Assembly (NCBI RefSeq): GCF_001194135.2
Contig: NC_068995.1
Location: forward strand, 14,396,694 to 14,460,693
Length of the DNA stretch: 64,000 nt
Reading direction: 5' to 3'
Origin: Octopus bimaculoides
Lineage: Eukaryota
Under the pieces are notes generated by a model. The model was not told the DNA's origin. It worked only from the letters and a program-made list of their open reading frames with translations, and made no database searches. A program made the position numbers and the translations under genes. Numbering within the stretch: the stretch's first letter is position 1; every line of letters begins with the position of its first letter. Positions 24,025 through 37,443 of this stretch are shown piece by piece.

Positions 24025-27000
24025 GTCAACAGGTAATATCCAGAGATATGCAATATAGAAAACACATGGTAGCGCTCAAATGATTTGAACTTACACTCCA
24101 AAATCCTTATCGAGGACTAAGTCCGCGAGATAAAGAGTGGCTATAAGAGAAATCCAGGTGAGCTGATATGGAGATAGAGATGCAGATAAACACATTTGGA
24201 CTTGATATATAAAACATACATACATACCTGCATACATGTAAATATATACAGGAGAAACAAAATCTGAAAATATTCAGACGATGAACAATCGTGTAAAAAA
24301 AATTAGGTATCTAAATATTTATAAAACAAATTTATATGAAGTACAAAGAATATTGAAAATTAAGGGAGAGAAAGCATGGCAATTCAAGCTCGGCAGCTGT
24401 TTCTGGGGGTTCTGAATTGCGTAATAGTTATCATGTTCATAATTGGCGGCTGGAGTGCGCAGAAAGTCAAGGATATGCATATCAACACTACCGTAAAACT
24501 AGCCTCCTTCATCAGGGTGGAAAGATCGGCAAAATAACAATTCACATCATATTGGACTTCAATTCCCATGCCTTCTCTTCTTAGTCTTATGTATTCTTTG
24601 TACTCCATGTAAATTAGTTTTGTAAATATATAAATATATATATATGTGTCTGTCATACCGGCCATAACGAAGGGAAATAGCCCTGAAACTCGAGTCGCCT
24701 TTATATATTTATATTTATATATTTGATCCTTTATATTGAACACTCAATATTTCATCTACATTCAATACTTTATTTCATGGTGCCATCCATTTTTATTTTA
24801 CTTTATTTTATATTATATATTGTATATTATATTATATATTGTATATTCCATATTCTATACCCCACATTGGTTCTGCAGGAATATAAATAAAACATAAAAA
24901 ACAGACAGTGTTGGAACTCTTTTAAACAAAATAATATATANNNNNNNNNNNNNNNNNNNNNNNNNNNNNNNNNNNNNNNNNNNNNNNNNNNNNNNNNNNN
25001 NNNNNNNNNNNNNNNNNNNNNNNNNNNNNNNNNNNNNNNNNNNNNNNNNNNNNNNNNNNNNNNNNNNNNNNNNNNNNNNNNNNNNNNNNNNNNNNNNNNN
25101 NNNNNNNNNNNNNNNNNNNNNNNNNNNNNNNNNNNNNNNNNNNNNNNNNNNNNNNNNNNNNNNNNNNNNNNNNNNNNNNNNNNNNNNNNNNNNNNNNNNN
25201 NNNNNNNNNNNNNNNNNNNNNNNNNNNNNNNNNNNNNNNNNNNNNNNNNNNNNNNNNNNNNNNNNNNNNNNNNNNNNNNNNNNNNNNNNNNNNNNNNNNN
25301 NNNNNNNNNNNNNNNNNNNNNNNNNNNNNNNNNNNNNNNNNNNNNNNNNNNNNNNNNNNNNNNNNNNNNNNNNNNNNNNNNNNNNNNNNNNNNNNNNNNN
25401 NNNNNNNNNNNNNNNNNNNNNNNNNNNNNNNNNNNNNNNNNNNNNNNNNNNNNNNNNNNNNNNNNNNNNNNNNNNNNNNNNNNNNNNNNNNNNNNNNNNN
25501 NNNNNNNNNNNNNNNNNNNNNNNNNNNNNNNNNNNNNNNNNNNNNNNNNNNNNNNNNNNNNNNNNNNNNNNNNNNNNNNNNNNNNNNNNNNNNNNNNNNN
25601 NNNNNNNNNNNNNNNNNNNNNNNNNNNNNNNNNNNNNNNNNNNNNNNNNNNNNNNNNNNNNNNNNNNNNNNNNNNNNNNNNNNNNNNNNNNNNNNNNNNN
25701 NNNNNNNNNNNNNNNNNNNNNNNNNNNNNNNNNNNNNNNNNNNNNNNNNNNNNNNNNNNNNNNNNNNNNNNNNNNNNNNNNNNNNNNNNNNNNNNNNNNN
25801 NNNNNNNNNNNNNNNNNNNNNNNNNNNNNNNNNNNNNNNNNNAACAACATAAAGAACGACCCTTCACCAGTTGTTGGCTGTTTCTCTAGTCTCGTATTTC
25901 GAGCATTTAACAACAATATACGCTTTCGATAAAACAGTTGCTCCTGCAAAGCAAATTAAATAAAATTTAGGACTTTGCGGAGGGTCAAAATAGGTAACAC
26001 AAAGAGGACAATGAAAACAAACAAGAAGGGCTGCTAAGCCTAAACGAGGTTGTGGTGGCGAACGCGTAAATCAAGCTAGGATAGCAGACAAACAAGAACA
26101 CGTCTTCCTTGTTCCAGCTACAACGGAGAGAAAGAAAGACGGCCGATGGTCACGCGGGAGCCATGTGAGCAAGGGAGGAGGAGCGAGGGAGAGAGTGTGA
26201 CAGATAGGATAAGATAGTGGGAAAGAGGAGGTAAAAGAATAAGAAAGAGTAAAAAGAGAGAAAAAGGAAAGAGTAAAAAGATCGTATAGAGTGCACATCA
26301 GAATTATTAAGATAAAACTTACTTAGAAGAGGATGCGTGGCTTTCAATCATATAATAATATAAATAATATATACGCATATATACATATGTATATTTACAT
26401 GTATATATGTAAGTATGTATATTCCCTCTCTCTGTATACACACACACACACACAGAATGTATGAAAAGTAAAGATTTCTAAAGTTACGAGGAAGACGAAA
26501 TAAAAGTGTTGAGAGAAATATTTGTAGTATAGAAATCAACTCAACAAGCTATTCTTCCCGTTGTTTGTTCTAAAGATTAATTATCGAACGCGACGGTTCA
26601 GCAGGTTTACTTCGCAAATGATTGATTTTTTTTTTCTAAACGCTAGAAAGATTCTAATAGGTCAATGACTGATTGTACGTTGTACGCTGAAGTAGCTGCA
26701 ATTGTATTAGTGAAGTTGGTGGAACTGGTGATGATGGTAGCGTAGGAAAACCTAAGTTTTTTTTTTTTTCTAAGTTTGAAGATGGTATCTTACCAGCGGT
26801 TCGATGAAACTATTAAACCATCTGATGAGAACGATAGCTATTGGGAGATAAATTATTTTCTCCGAGAGATCTATGAGGAATATTAGTTAATTTTGTCTGT
26901 TAAGTGACATACTTTTTAAAAATTTTATTTTGGTACTTGTTTTATCAAGCCCCAGAAAGATGAAACGCAAAATCGACCTCAGCGGAATTTGAATTCAAAA

Positions 27001-27587
27001 CGCAAAGAGCCAGGATAAATGCCATGAAATATGACCTTACTACGATTGAGCCAGTATTCTGATCGAGTCTTGTACTCTTCTTCATCGACTCTAGAAGAAT
27101 GAAAGGCAAATTTGACAGCGGCGAGATTTGAACCCGGAACGCAAGAAACCGGAATAAATATCACACAGTATTTCGTCCGATGCTCTAACGGTTCATATGA
27201 TTCCTCATTTTTAAAGATGGTAAGGTGTGATTTGAGGGAGATTTTGCAGCTATTTCATGCACGTCGACCGACTAAATAGCATCTCCTTCGTTAAATTCTA
27301 AAATAAGTAAATAGATAAATGTGTTTGGCACAATACTGTCTGCTCTGTTTATTGTTTGCAAAGGAACAAATATTTTCACGTGTCAATAGAATGACTTGTC
27401 AAACTTTGACAAGCTATCAACGTAAAAACTTCCATTGTCTTGTCTTTATATCGCTTTTTTTCTCTCGTTTCATTTTTGTACAACGATGGCGAAAGGGTGT
27501 TGGACCATCAGATTCGTTTGAGCGGTAATCGTAACAGATGTGCCATGGGCTACAAAGGCGTCACTGGGATTAGGGCCTCAGAACTTG

Positions 27588-27621
<34 letters not shown>

Positions 27622-28612
27622 TATATATTTCGTAAAAATGAGATTAATATCAATAGCTTTGGGAGAGTCTCTCATTCTTTCTTTAAATGTTCTTTATGCC
27701 CAAAAGTCTGCATATCTCTCGCTGGTATGAAATCGGACTAGCATGCATATGTGGGTAAGGTATAGGTGAGGTATTGAAATTTCATTTCAGATGACCATTT
27801 TGTATGCAATGTCTATCAAAAACCTGCAAGTGACGCGGAAGATTGAAGCGGTACTTGAACATAAATTAAGTACCAGTTGCGTACTGAGGTCGATCTAATC
27901 GACTGGCCCCCTCCGCCAAAACTTCGGGCCTTGTGCTTAGAGTAGAAAAGATTCTTTTACTCGTTTCGGTCATTTGACTACGGCCATGCTGGAGCACCGC
28001 CTTAAAAGGTTTTTAGTTGAAGAAATCGACCCCCAGAACTTATTCTGTGTAAGCCTAGTACTTATTGTATCAGGCTCTTTGGCCGAACTAGTAAGTTACG
28101 GGAACGTAAACACACCAACATCGGTTGTCAAGCGATCGTGGGGTGGGAGAACAAACACAGACACACATAAATTTATATATANNNNNNNNNNNNNNNNNNN
28201 NNNNNNNNNNNNNNNNNNNNNNNNNNNNNNNNNNNNNNNNNNNNNNNNNNNNNNNNNNNNNNNNNNNNNNNNNNNNNNNNNNNNNNNNNNNNNNNNNNNN
28301 NNNNNNNNNNNNNNNNNNNNNNNNNNNNNNNNNNNNNNNNNNNNNNNNNNNNNNNNNNNNNNNNNNNNNNNNNNNNNNNATATCGGGCTTCTTTCAGTTT
28401 CCTTCTACCAAATCAACTTACAAGGCTTTGGTCGGCCTGAGGCTATAGTAGAAGACACTTACCCAAGGTGCTATGCCGTGGGACTGAACTCGGAACCATG
28501 TGGTTGGAACGCCAGTTTCTTACCAAACAACCATGCCTACGTTTATATATATAAAATAGAACGAAAGTATGAACAGGCAAACAACTGGTATGATATATTA
28601 TGACACTTTATA

Positions 28613-29118
28613 CAGTAATCCCTCGACTATCGCGGGTGTTATGTTCCAAAACTCCACGCGATAGGTGAAAATCCGCGAAGTAGAAACAGTACTGTATATT
28701 TTTAGAAGGTGCAGAATGTTTGACGATACTGTAGAGCTTGAAATATATTCACAATTTTACACACAAGTGCAAAACAACACCACACACTCGCCTCCCGAGT
28801 TTCGTTTCCCATACAGTATGTGCGATTCTTTGTTTACTCATCTACGGTACACTACGTATTTTTAAAAAATATATTTTAGTTAATGTGTTATACAGTGCAG
28901 TACTGCACTGTATTTTTATTCATTAATTCTTAGGTGCGAAAATGCTTATTTTACCACAGAAATAATTAAAATCTAAAAAAAAAATAAATATCTATCGGCC
29001 GTAGAAACCCACAATATACTAAGGAATCCGAGACATAAATTTACATATATTAGCCAGAAAAATACGCGATGTACTGAGGACGTGATAGATGAACCGCGAT
29101 ATGGCGAGTGATTTACTG
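28613..29118. mobile_element. pogo/Tigger-like MITE
   Basis: TA|CAGTAATCCCTCGACTATCGCGG at the left end and CCGCGATATGGCGAGTGATTTACTG at the right, i.e. Tigger-type TIRs. Confidence 0.75.
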
Positions 29119-29578
29119 TTTATGTAAACACGAGAGTTTAGTTATTACAAGGATATCTATTCACGAAATAGTTGTAAGAGACTCTCTGAACAACTAATTA
29201 CTTACTTCTTCGTGATGATCTATACTCATGTAACAACACATGGTTGTTTATATATGTATAGGAAAGTGGGTTATACATCATTAGATGTATACCTGACTTT
29301 CCTATATAAAATTAAGAATTATAACGGAACGCTGAACTCCAGACTATCAACATAACAACATTTATTTAAGGTGGAATATATATACATCTTTAGCTCCTGT
29401 TTGTTGTTACAGCTTCTGTGTGTGTGAGTATGGTTGTTGGGACGTTGGTGTGTAGATGTGAGCGAGCTGTCAAGCGTAAGTTCGAAAGATGGAGAGAGAC
29501 AACTAAACACGTCCTTGCTCAATCGCTGGCCAGCAAGAAAGAGACAGAATGAAGCGGGAAAGCTTGGTTGTTGAATTC

Positions 29579-29606
29579 CACGCATGCGTGAGACTACGCA
29601 TGCGCA
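29579..29606. promoter_or_regulatory. Tandem NRF1-like palindromic sites
   Basis: A perfect 12-bp palindrome CACGCATGCGTG followed by TACGCATGCGCA. The NRF1 consensus is YGCGCAYGCGCR. Confidence 0.4.
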
Positions 29607-29831
29607 CGGCGTTACTACATATGTATGTCATAATGTAACATGACACCATTTCTTTAGCTGTTTATATTTGATTCTATCTTTTATGTTGCTTGCGTGGTAA
29701 GAAGTTTGCTTCTTAACCACATGGTTCAGTCCCACTCTGAAGCGTCTTGGACAAGTGTCTTCTACTAAAGCCTCGGGCCGACCAAAGCCTTGCGAGTGGA
29801 TTTGGTAGACGGAATATGAAAGAAGCCTGTC

Positions 29832-29876
<45 letters not shown>

Positions 29877-30210
29877 NNNNNNNNNNNNNNNNNNNNNNNN
29901 NNNNNNNNNNNNNNNNNNNNNNNNNNNNNNNNNNNNNNNNNNNNNNNNNNNNNNNNNNNNNNNNNNNNNNNNNNNNNNNNNNNNNNNNNNNNNNNNNNNN
30001 NNNNNNNNNNNNNNNNNNNNNNNNNNNNNNNNNNNNNNNNNNNNNNNNNNNNNNNNNNNNNNNNNNNNNNNNNNNNNNNNNNNNNNNNNNNNNNNNNNNN
30101 NNNNNNNNNNNNNNNNNNNNNNNNNNNNNNNNNNNNNNNNNNNNNNNNNNNNNNNNNNNAGTATGGCCGCAGTCAAATGACTGAAACAATATATATATAT
30201 ATATATATAT

Positions 30211-30259
<49 letters not shown>

Positions 30260-31109
30260 TATATACACATACATATATATCACGTGATTGTCAAGACTAT
30301 CGAATGTCGTTATACATCGCTGACCACAACGCGCTTTGTATCGTTTTAGCTTTCGAATGATGCCACCCCGCTTAGCTAAGTGAGGAGGCCAACTCTTGTT
30401 CTGGTCGGAAGAATAGTCCATCGCAGGGTTATCCATTTATAGCTGAAAAGACTGGAGCAACGTTAAAAGAAGTGCTATGTTCATGAACACAAGGCGCCGC
30501 TTGGCCGGGAATCAAACCCACGATCTAGCAATCGTGAGTGCAACACCATAACCACTCTACACACACATATATATTTATATCTGGTGTTGGTTTATTTGTC
30601 CGCGTGACTAAGCGGTTCGGCTAAAATGTCCGATAGAATAAGTAGCAGGCTTAAAAAAAAACAAAAACTAATAAATACTGGGATCGATTTGCTCGACTAA
30701 ATCATTCAAGGAGTGCCCCAGCATGGCCGCTGTCCAATGGTTGCAACAAGTGGAAGATAAAAGATATGCATACACACAATAGCAATTATGAAAACAACGC
30801 GGAAAAAAAATGTTATAACGCTAACAAGCATATCAAGTTATTTATTTATATGCCGATGCGACGATGACTAATGTGTGTGCTAGTTCTTTTGTCCATATCG
30901 TCAGTTGAAAAATCGCCTTAAGCAACATGCAAAGCGAGCATATAGTATTGCGTCTTACAGCTTTGCCAACAATTTGCTTATGTCGATGAGAGAGCAAGAG
31001 AGAGGAAAAGAGAGAGAGAGAGGAAAAGAGAAAGAGAGAGATTACACTGTAAACTGTCAGTTAGTCAGACAGCACAACGAATGTCATATCTTCAACAACT
31101 GACAGCTTA

Positions 31110-31360
31110 CAGGACAGGCGCCATTTTGACGGTCAACCACCGTCGTTATTATACTCTATAGTAGTATGAGCTACTGAAAGTGGTGTTCTGATATATCTCG
31201 CTCTCTATTTTCTTGACAATAGTCATTCTCATTGCTTTTTTGTTCTTTTCTTTTTTCAACAAGTTTTTAATATCTCAGTAACGATTAAATACGTAACCCA
31301 TCAAACATTTCATGAAACTAATCTTATAGTTATATTTGAAGAGTTCTATTTTTTGACACA
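31110..31360 (+). promoter_or_regulatory. Candidate TSS and non-coding first exon of the plus-strand gene, with a YY1-type motif
   Basis: GCGCCATTTTG (YY1 consensus CGCCATNTT) at 31118-31128 in CpG-containing sequence, and a strong ACAG|GTAAGT donor at 31361. The exon at 37428 needs an upstream donor. Confidence 0.45.
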
Positions 31361-34300
31361 GGTAAGTTTATTTGAAAGCCATTTAGTTTAAAAACCTTAT
31401 CGTAATTGTTTGTTAATTTACACGAAATAATTTTTTTCTTAATTTGCTAAACAAAAAAATATTGATGAAAATTTACTCCAATTGTGGAGCATTGTATCGT
31501 TATCATAATTGACTATTTCGAGGTCGCCCATTTTCACCTCGTTTGACCAGTTGACGTCGGCGAACCTGTTTCTTCGTTTGACATAATCCAAATAAATGAC
31601 CGGGAAAATGTCGTAATTTACTTCCTCTTCTCTATTTATATCCACCTTACCTTTTGTATCTCGTGTGTTTTAGTTTATTTCATACGAAGAAAATATTCCG
31701 TCATTTTTGTCAACTTCGCATGCAAACTATAAGGAACCATATTATTGTAGCAGCAGTAGGTTCATTTTATTACTTTTAATACAATCGCATTTTTATATCG
31801 AAAAATTACCTAAAAATTATGAATGAATAAATAAATATTCAATACTGTAAATATTGACAATTTCCTTCGTTTTTGCCAAACATTTAGAATTTGACTACAC
31901 TGAAATCTATCTAGTTGGCTGTACCCGTCCCCCTCATAAGTGTGGCTTTTTATTTCCAAAAGGAATAATATAGAACAATACAGATGCATTTGGAACAGGC
32001 ATGGAAGTCACAACATCTTCTCCCCATAATACAGCAGCATCAAACCTATGCACGAAACAATAGTAATAACAGATCTTGGTAGAAGTGTATTCCTAAATTT
32101 TCTCATAAAACTATAAAAAAAAAGGATAATTAGTTGGCGTGCAGTTAGTTTTCCCTTGCATAAATATAAGGATTATGTCTGATGACCGTTTTTAAAAATA
32201 TTATTTTTCATGGATATTTACGATTGTTTACGTTTACATTCAAATTTTTCTGGGACAAGCCACCCGACCAAATTATGAAAGAATAACAAATGTTTATATG
32301 TTTAAATTTTAATTACTTTTCTAAATACATCTAGGCATTCCTTCGGTATTGGTCAAGAGAGTTTAGGATATCGAAGTAGCTAAGACATAATTATTTTATT
32401 AATAATCCTAAAAAAGATATACGAAAAGAAAAAGAAGTGAGGTTTAGTAGTAACCGAGGGACATGTGTAAGAAGCACGGCGTGTTTCCGAGGAGGTGTGT
32501 ATTTGAAACAAGGATTACGAGAAATATTGAAGACGAAAACCAAATGTTTACATTCAATTTGAGAGAGAGAGAGAGAGAAAAAACAAACTAAAAACACATT
32601 TAGGTAACTTATAAGTATTTATTTAGGAACAACATTGAAAACATTGATTTTAATGATGTGAACGAGAACCTTAAAAGCTTTGAAAACAACATTGATGTTG
32701 TATTGATGTATAAGAGGCAATACATATGAGGTCATTTTAAAACCATGCTTATTACGAGGGAATAAAAACACGTAATTACCACATTAATTATAAGATGTTG
32801 CAGAAATTTGGGAACAATGCAATTTCCTGGCTCTCATTTCATTTAATCACATCACAGACATTCGAAACATAAATGAAAATATATTAGCTCGAGAACAATA
32901 TGATACATAAACACAATATTGAATGTTTATGGAATCGCCACGGAAAGAAAATTTAAAAGAATGCCACGTGGTACTTGGGACGTTTTCGAATATCTGTGGC
33001 GTGACGAAATGAAGCAAGTTTCTGATGATTCTTTTACAGAATCACATTCTAAAATTAATGTTGTTTCTAATTAAATGAAAGTACACAATGTTTGGTTTCC
33101 GTTTCGGTATTTCATGTAAGCTTTGATGTTTGTTTTTTTTTTACACTCCTCGTCTCCTCTGCATTTACCATAACGGAGAGTGAAATATAACAGTAAAGTA
33201 ACAAGTGACTTCGAAGACTGACTGTTTGAATAACAAACGTGTATATCGGCCCTCACCTTTCTCACTATATTTACGGACAATAAACATGTAAACGGTGTCT
33301 ACTCATATATGTCCCTATTTGAATAATCATCCCTGCCATTTCCTCCCACCCGAATCTGGCTCATGACTTGTTGAGCAGGCTTGTTGTAATTAAAGGCATA
33401 CCAGCAGTAACCATCCCTCATTTTTTGCCTGTGCCCTTGCTCTATTTAAGACAGTTAGATGTTATTTGAAAAGAAATTTGACAGCTTTTTCAAGCAAGTG
33501 TAGAGATGACGTACGGATTTCTACTTGGACCGTTGTCGCCTTTATCATCCACGCTACTAAACTTACAATGTCTCATACATAAATATGGAACTCATAACAA
33601 GTAGCTTCTAAGCCTGTGGTTTTTAAGTGAGGTGTAGTTTGTAAAGGATGTCACAAGATTTTACAAAATTTTATATTTAAATGACACTATTGACAAAAAA
33701 AAAAAACGTCAATAAAGGTGTCACTATATTCTAAGGCATAAGGAGATAGGGTGATATCACGGGGATGTTGAAAACCACGGCTGTTGCACCAATTGCTAGA
33801 AATAGCAACCACATTTTTCAGTCATACTTGAGGCAAGCGTTGGCAACCTCTTTCGAGAAGCGGGCCGCATTATTAAAAAAAAAGAAAGAAAAAGAAAAAC
33901 TCGGTAATTTTTCGTTAGGCGTGCCATTCAAGAAGTCCTGCAGATTGCCTATGCCTGTTTTAGGGGTTGACGTGTTGCTATCACGCAACATCCCACCTTT
34001 TTTTTTCTCTCCTTCAAAATTTCTTCGTCGTGTTGTTTTCAACAACAGATATTTCAATTTTGCGCCCCCAACACCCAAGAAAAAAAAAACAGCTTTTCAA
34101 AATTTCAGTTTCGGTAAATTGGGTATATCCTGGCCCCAAATTTTGTTTTCCCTTTCTCGGTGGTGCTTGAGGGATGATTTCATTCGGAAAGATATGGGTT
34201 TACAAGCAATTTAATCAACTAAAAAAGTGAAAATAAATTGTAGTGAAATCCCATGATTTTATTTATCTTTGTCTCTTGTTTCAATCATTTGACTGCGGCC

Positions 34301-34943
34301 ATGCTGGGGCATCGTCAGAAAGAATCAATGTAAATATTTTGGTTTCTATTATTGATGTAAATTTGTTAAAAAATGGTTTATCCCTTATGCCTGAAGTCTA
34401 TGCATTCATCTGATGGGAACGGTTTCTTTCAAATTGTTGTAATCATCATAATCATTTAACATCCACTTTCCCTGCTGGCATGGGTTAGACGGTTTGACAT
34501 GGAGGTGGCTAGCAGGGAGCTGTCTAGACTCCAACTTTCTATGGCTGGATACCCTTCCTAACACCAACCACTTAACAGAGTGTGCTGGGTGCTTTTTTAT
34601 ATGCCACCTGCATGGGTGCGATTCCGTACAATACCATCTAGGTAACGCTAAACAATTTCTTCACATACATTATATAACCTATGGACTATAGGATTTATAT
34701 GATGTGGGTCCTTTTGATATCCGTTTTGTCAACAAAGATAAACATCCTGTTAGTACACCTAATAAGAAGAATGAAAAATGTTGGAAAATGTATCCTATAT
34801 GCTTTCTCTGTTCCATCCTGTGAACAGAGGAATCATACGACATTGCAGTTCTCCGAATAGATCAAATTACAAATGTATAAAGGAGACCTTTCGTTTTTAT
34901 TAGAAATTGAAAATATTTTTCTTCTGGGTACAAGAGGCACCAG

Positions 34944-35165
34944 ATATTGTGTGCAAGAGAGAAGAATCTGCTGGTTTGGTCATGTGATGCGTATAGATGA
35001 AGACAGTTGCATAAAGAAGTGCCAAGCTCTAATTGTGGAGAGTACCTGTGGAAGGGGTAGACGAAGTGGTGAGAAAGGATCTTTGCATGATGGGCCTCAC
35101 TGAGGAAATGACAAAGGACTGGGAGATGCGGCGATTTATTGTACTTGATAAAATGCATCAAGCTA
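34944..35165 (+). mobile_element. RTE-clade LINE 3' fragment
   Basis: Translates as RRICWFGHVMRIDEDSCIKKCQALIVESTCGRGR, the RTE ORF C-terminal motif. Confidence 0.75.
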
Positions 35166-36210
35166 AGTAAAATGGCTGTCTTCTACATATACAGGTGTCG
35201 GTGCCATTTAAAAACCATCCGTTCTGGTACTGCGTAAACGCACGTAATATTTTCATCAATCAATTAAATGGAGCGACTTGAAACGGCCGTAATGAATTGA
35301 CACCTGTACATCTTTGTTACTTATTCATATTCTACATATATATATATATATATATTCTTTCTTTTATTCTTTTACTTGTTTCAGTCATTTGACTGTGGCC
35401 ATGCTGGAGCACTGCCTTAAAGGGTGTTAGTCGAAGAAATTGACCCCACGATTAGGCTTCTTTCAGTTTCCGTTTATGAAATCCACTTGCAAGGGTTTAG
35501 CTTGCCTGAGCCTATAGTAGAAAACACTTGGCCAAGGTGCCACGCAGTGGGACAGAACTTGGAACCATGTGGTTCCAAAGCAAACATCTTACAACACAAC
35601 CACACCTGCACCTTTTTAAATAGCATGAAGATGATATCTACAATGTGCAGTATGTTTGTTCTATGTGGTTGAGTAGCCTGCTTTGCAATGACACGGTGTC
35701 AGGTTCAGCTTTGGGCTGACCAATGCCTTGTGTGTGAATTTGGTAGACGAAACTGTGTGGGAGCCCGTTATCATTGTCATCATCATCGTCGTTTAACGTC
35801 CGCTTTCTATGCTAGCATGGGTTGGACGATTTGACTGAGGACTGGTGAACCAGATGGCTACACCAGGCTCCAATCTGATTTGGCAGAGTTTCTACAGCTG
35901 GATGCCTTTCCTAACGCCAACCACTCCAAGAGTGTAGTGGGTGCTTTTACGTGCCACCGGCATGAAGGCCAGTCAGGAGGTACTGGCAATGGCCATGCTC
36001 AAAGTGGTGTATTTTACGTGCCACCTGCACAGGAGCCAGCCCAGCGCTACTGGCAACGAACTCGCTTGAATGTCTTTTCACATGCCACCGGCACAAGTGC
36101 CAGGAAGGCGACGTTGGTAACGATCACGCTCAAATGGTGCTATTTACGTCCCACCGGCACGGAAGCCAGACAATGATCACGCTCAGACGGTGTTCTTAGT
36201 GATCTACTGG

Positions 36211-36516
36211 TACAAGGATGTGATGGATAAATTGTTGCCTATTTATATTCTTTTTAATTTCATGCATGCGCAATGTTTGTTTTTGATTTTGTCAACTACA
36301 CAGTATAGTAGGGTCAGCTGGGCACTGTCTTTGAGAAAAACAGCACCATGACGCAATTCACTCTGCCAGAAATCTGGTAATGACATTCTGTACTGCTTGG
36401 CATTTGCAACGGAAGCTCCAATATGAACATTTCAGAGTGTTTGGGTGCCAATCTGAGGACAGTACAGAGGATTCGGAAAGAGCTGGATGAGTCTAATGGT
36501 GATTATAAAGGTACAG
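36211..36516 (+). mobile_element. 5' fragment of a Tc1/mariner element with decayed HTH (MTQFTLPEIW*..LLGICNGSSNMNISECLGANLRTVQRIRKEL)
   Basis: The TA-flanked end is homologous to 4737-4826. The HTH-like RTVQRIRK is interrupted by a stop. Confidence 0.7.
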
Positions 36517-36761
36517 TATTTCGTCCGATGCTCTAACGGTTCATATGATTCTTCATTTTTAAAGATGATAAGGTGTGATTTGAGGGAGATTTTGCAGCTA
36601 TTTCATGCACGTCGACCGACTAAATAGCATCTCTTTCGTTAAATTCTAAAATAAGTAAATAGATAAATGTGTTTGATACAATACCGTCTGCTCTGTTTAT
36701 ATATTATTCATATTATTATATGATTGAATGCCACGCATCCTCTTCTAAGTAAGTATGTATG

Positions 36762-36799
<38 letters not shown>

Positions 36800-36800
<1 letters not shown>

Positions 36801-37130
36801 CATCTTGGCTTAACAGCCCTCACCATTTGTTTTTACTGTTTTCTTCTCACTGTCCTGTTTTTATTACCACTTTCACCCTCCGCAATAAATTCCAAATTTT
36901 ATCTAATTTGCTTTGCGGGAAGGACTGTTTTAACAAAGTCGCGTCTTGTCCCTACCTTCGAAACATAGAGAAAATAAAACAGGGGACAACTGATGAAGGG
37001 AATGTTTTTTTATGTTACTTGTTTCGTTTCTCTGTTTGTTTCTTTCGTTGTTCGAAAAAAAGTTCGTTTTCTATGTTTTTGTTTCTTATGTTCTCCTTTC
37101 TCAGTTTTTCTACGTTTTGTTGATGTCCTG
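36800..37130 (+). mobile_element. Penelope-like terminal repeat family; related copies at 25843-26050 and 10440-10575 (minus strand) and a similar end at 24640-24700
   Basis: Shared CCCTCCGC..AAATTTTAT.TAATTTGCTTTGC and CAACTGATGAAGGG motifs. The Penelope assignment is inferred from the CTGATGAAG motif. Confidence 0.45.
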
Positions 37131-37443
37131 TACCCATATATGCATGTATATATACATATATATGTAGGTATGTACGTATATATGCATATATTTATATATC
37201 ATTTATATTATTACGTTGACCCCAGTGCTTGAATGGTACTATTTCATCAACCCTGAAAGGATGAAAAGTAAAGTCACCCTTGGCAGAATTTGAACCCAGG
37301 ACTTAAAAATAGACAAAATGCCACTAAGCATTTTGTAAGACATCCTAACAATTCTGCCACCTAGCCACCTTACAGATTTATAATATATAAAATATAACTT
37401 ATAATAATATTTGCTTTAATTTTTCAGGAATTCCATTGGCATA

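Noticed and set aside
31439-31645. 68-aa minus-strand ORF (MDINREEEVNYDIFP...)
   Set aside because: It starts at GTG immediately after a donor-like site, has no recognisable homology, and is short enough to arise by chance.
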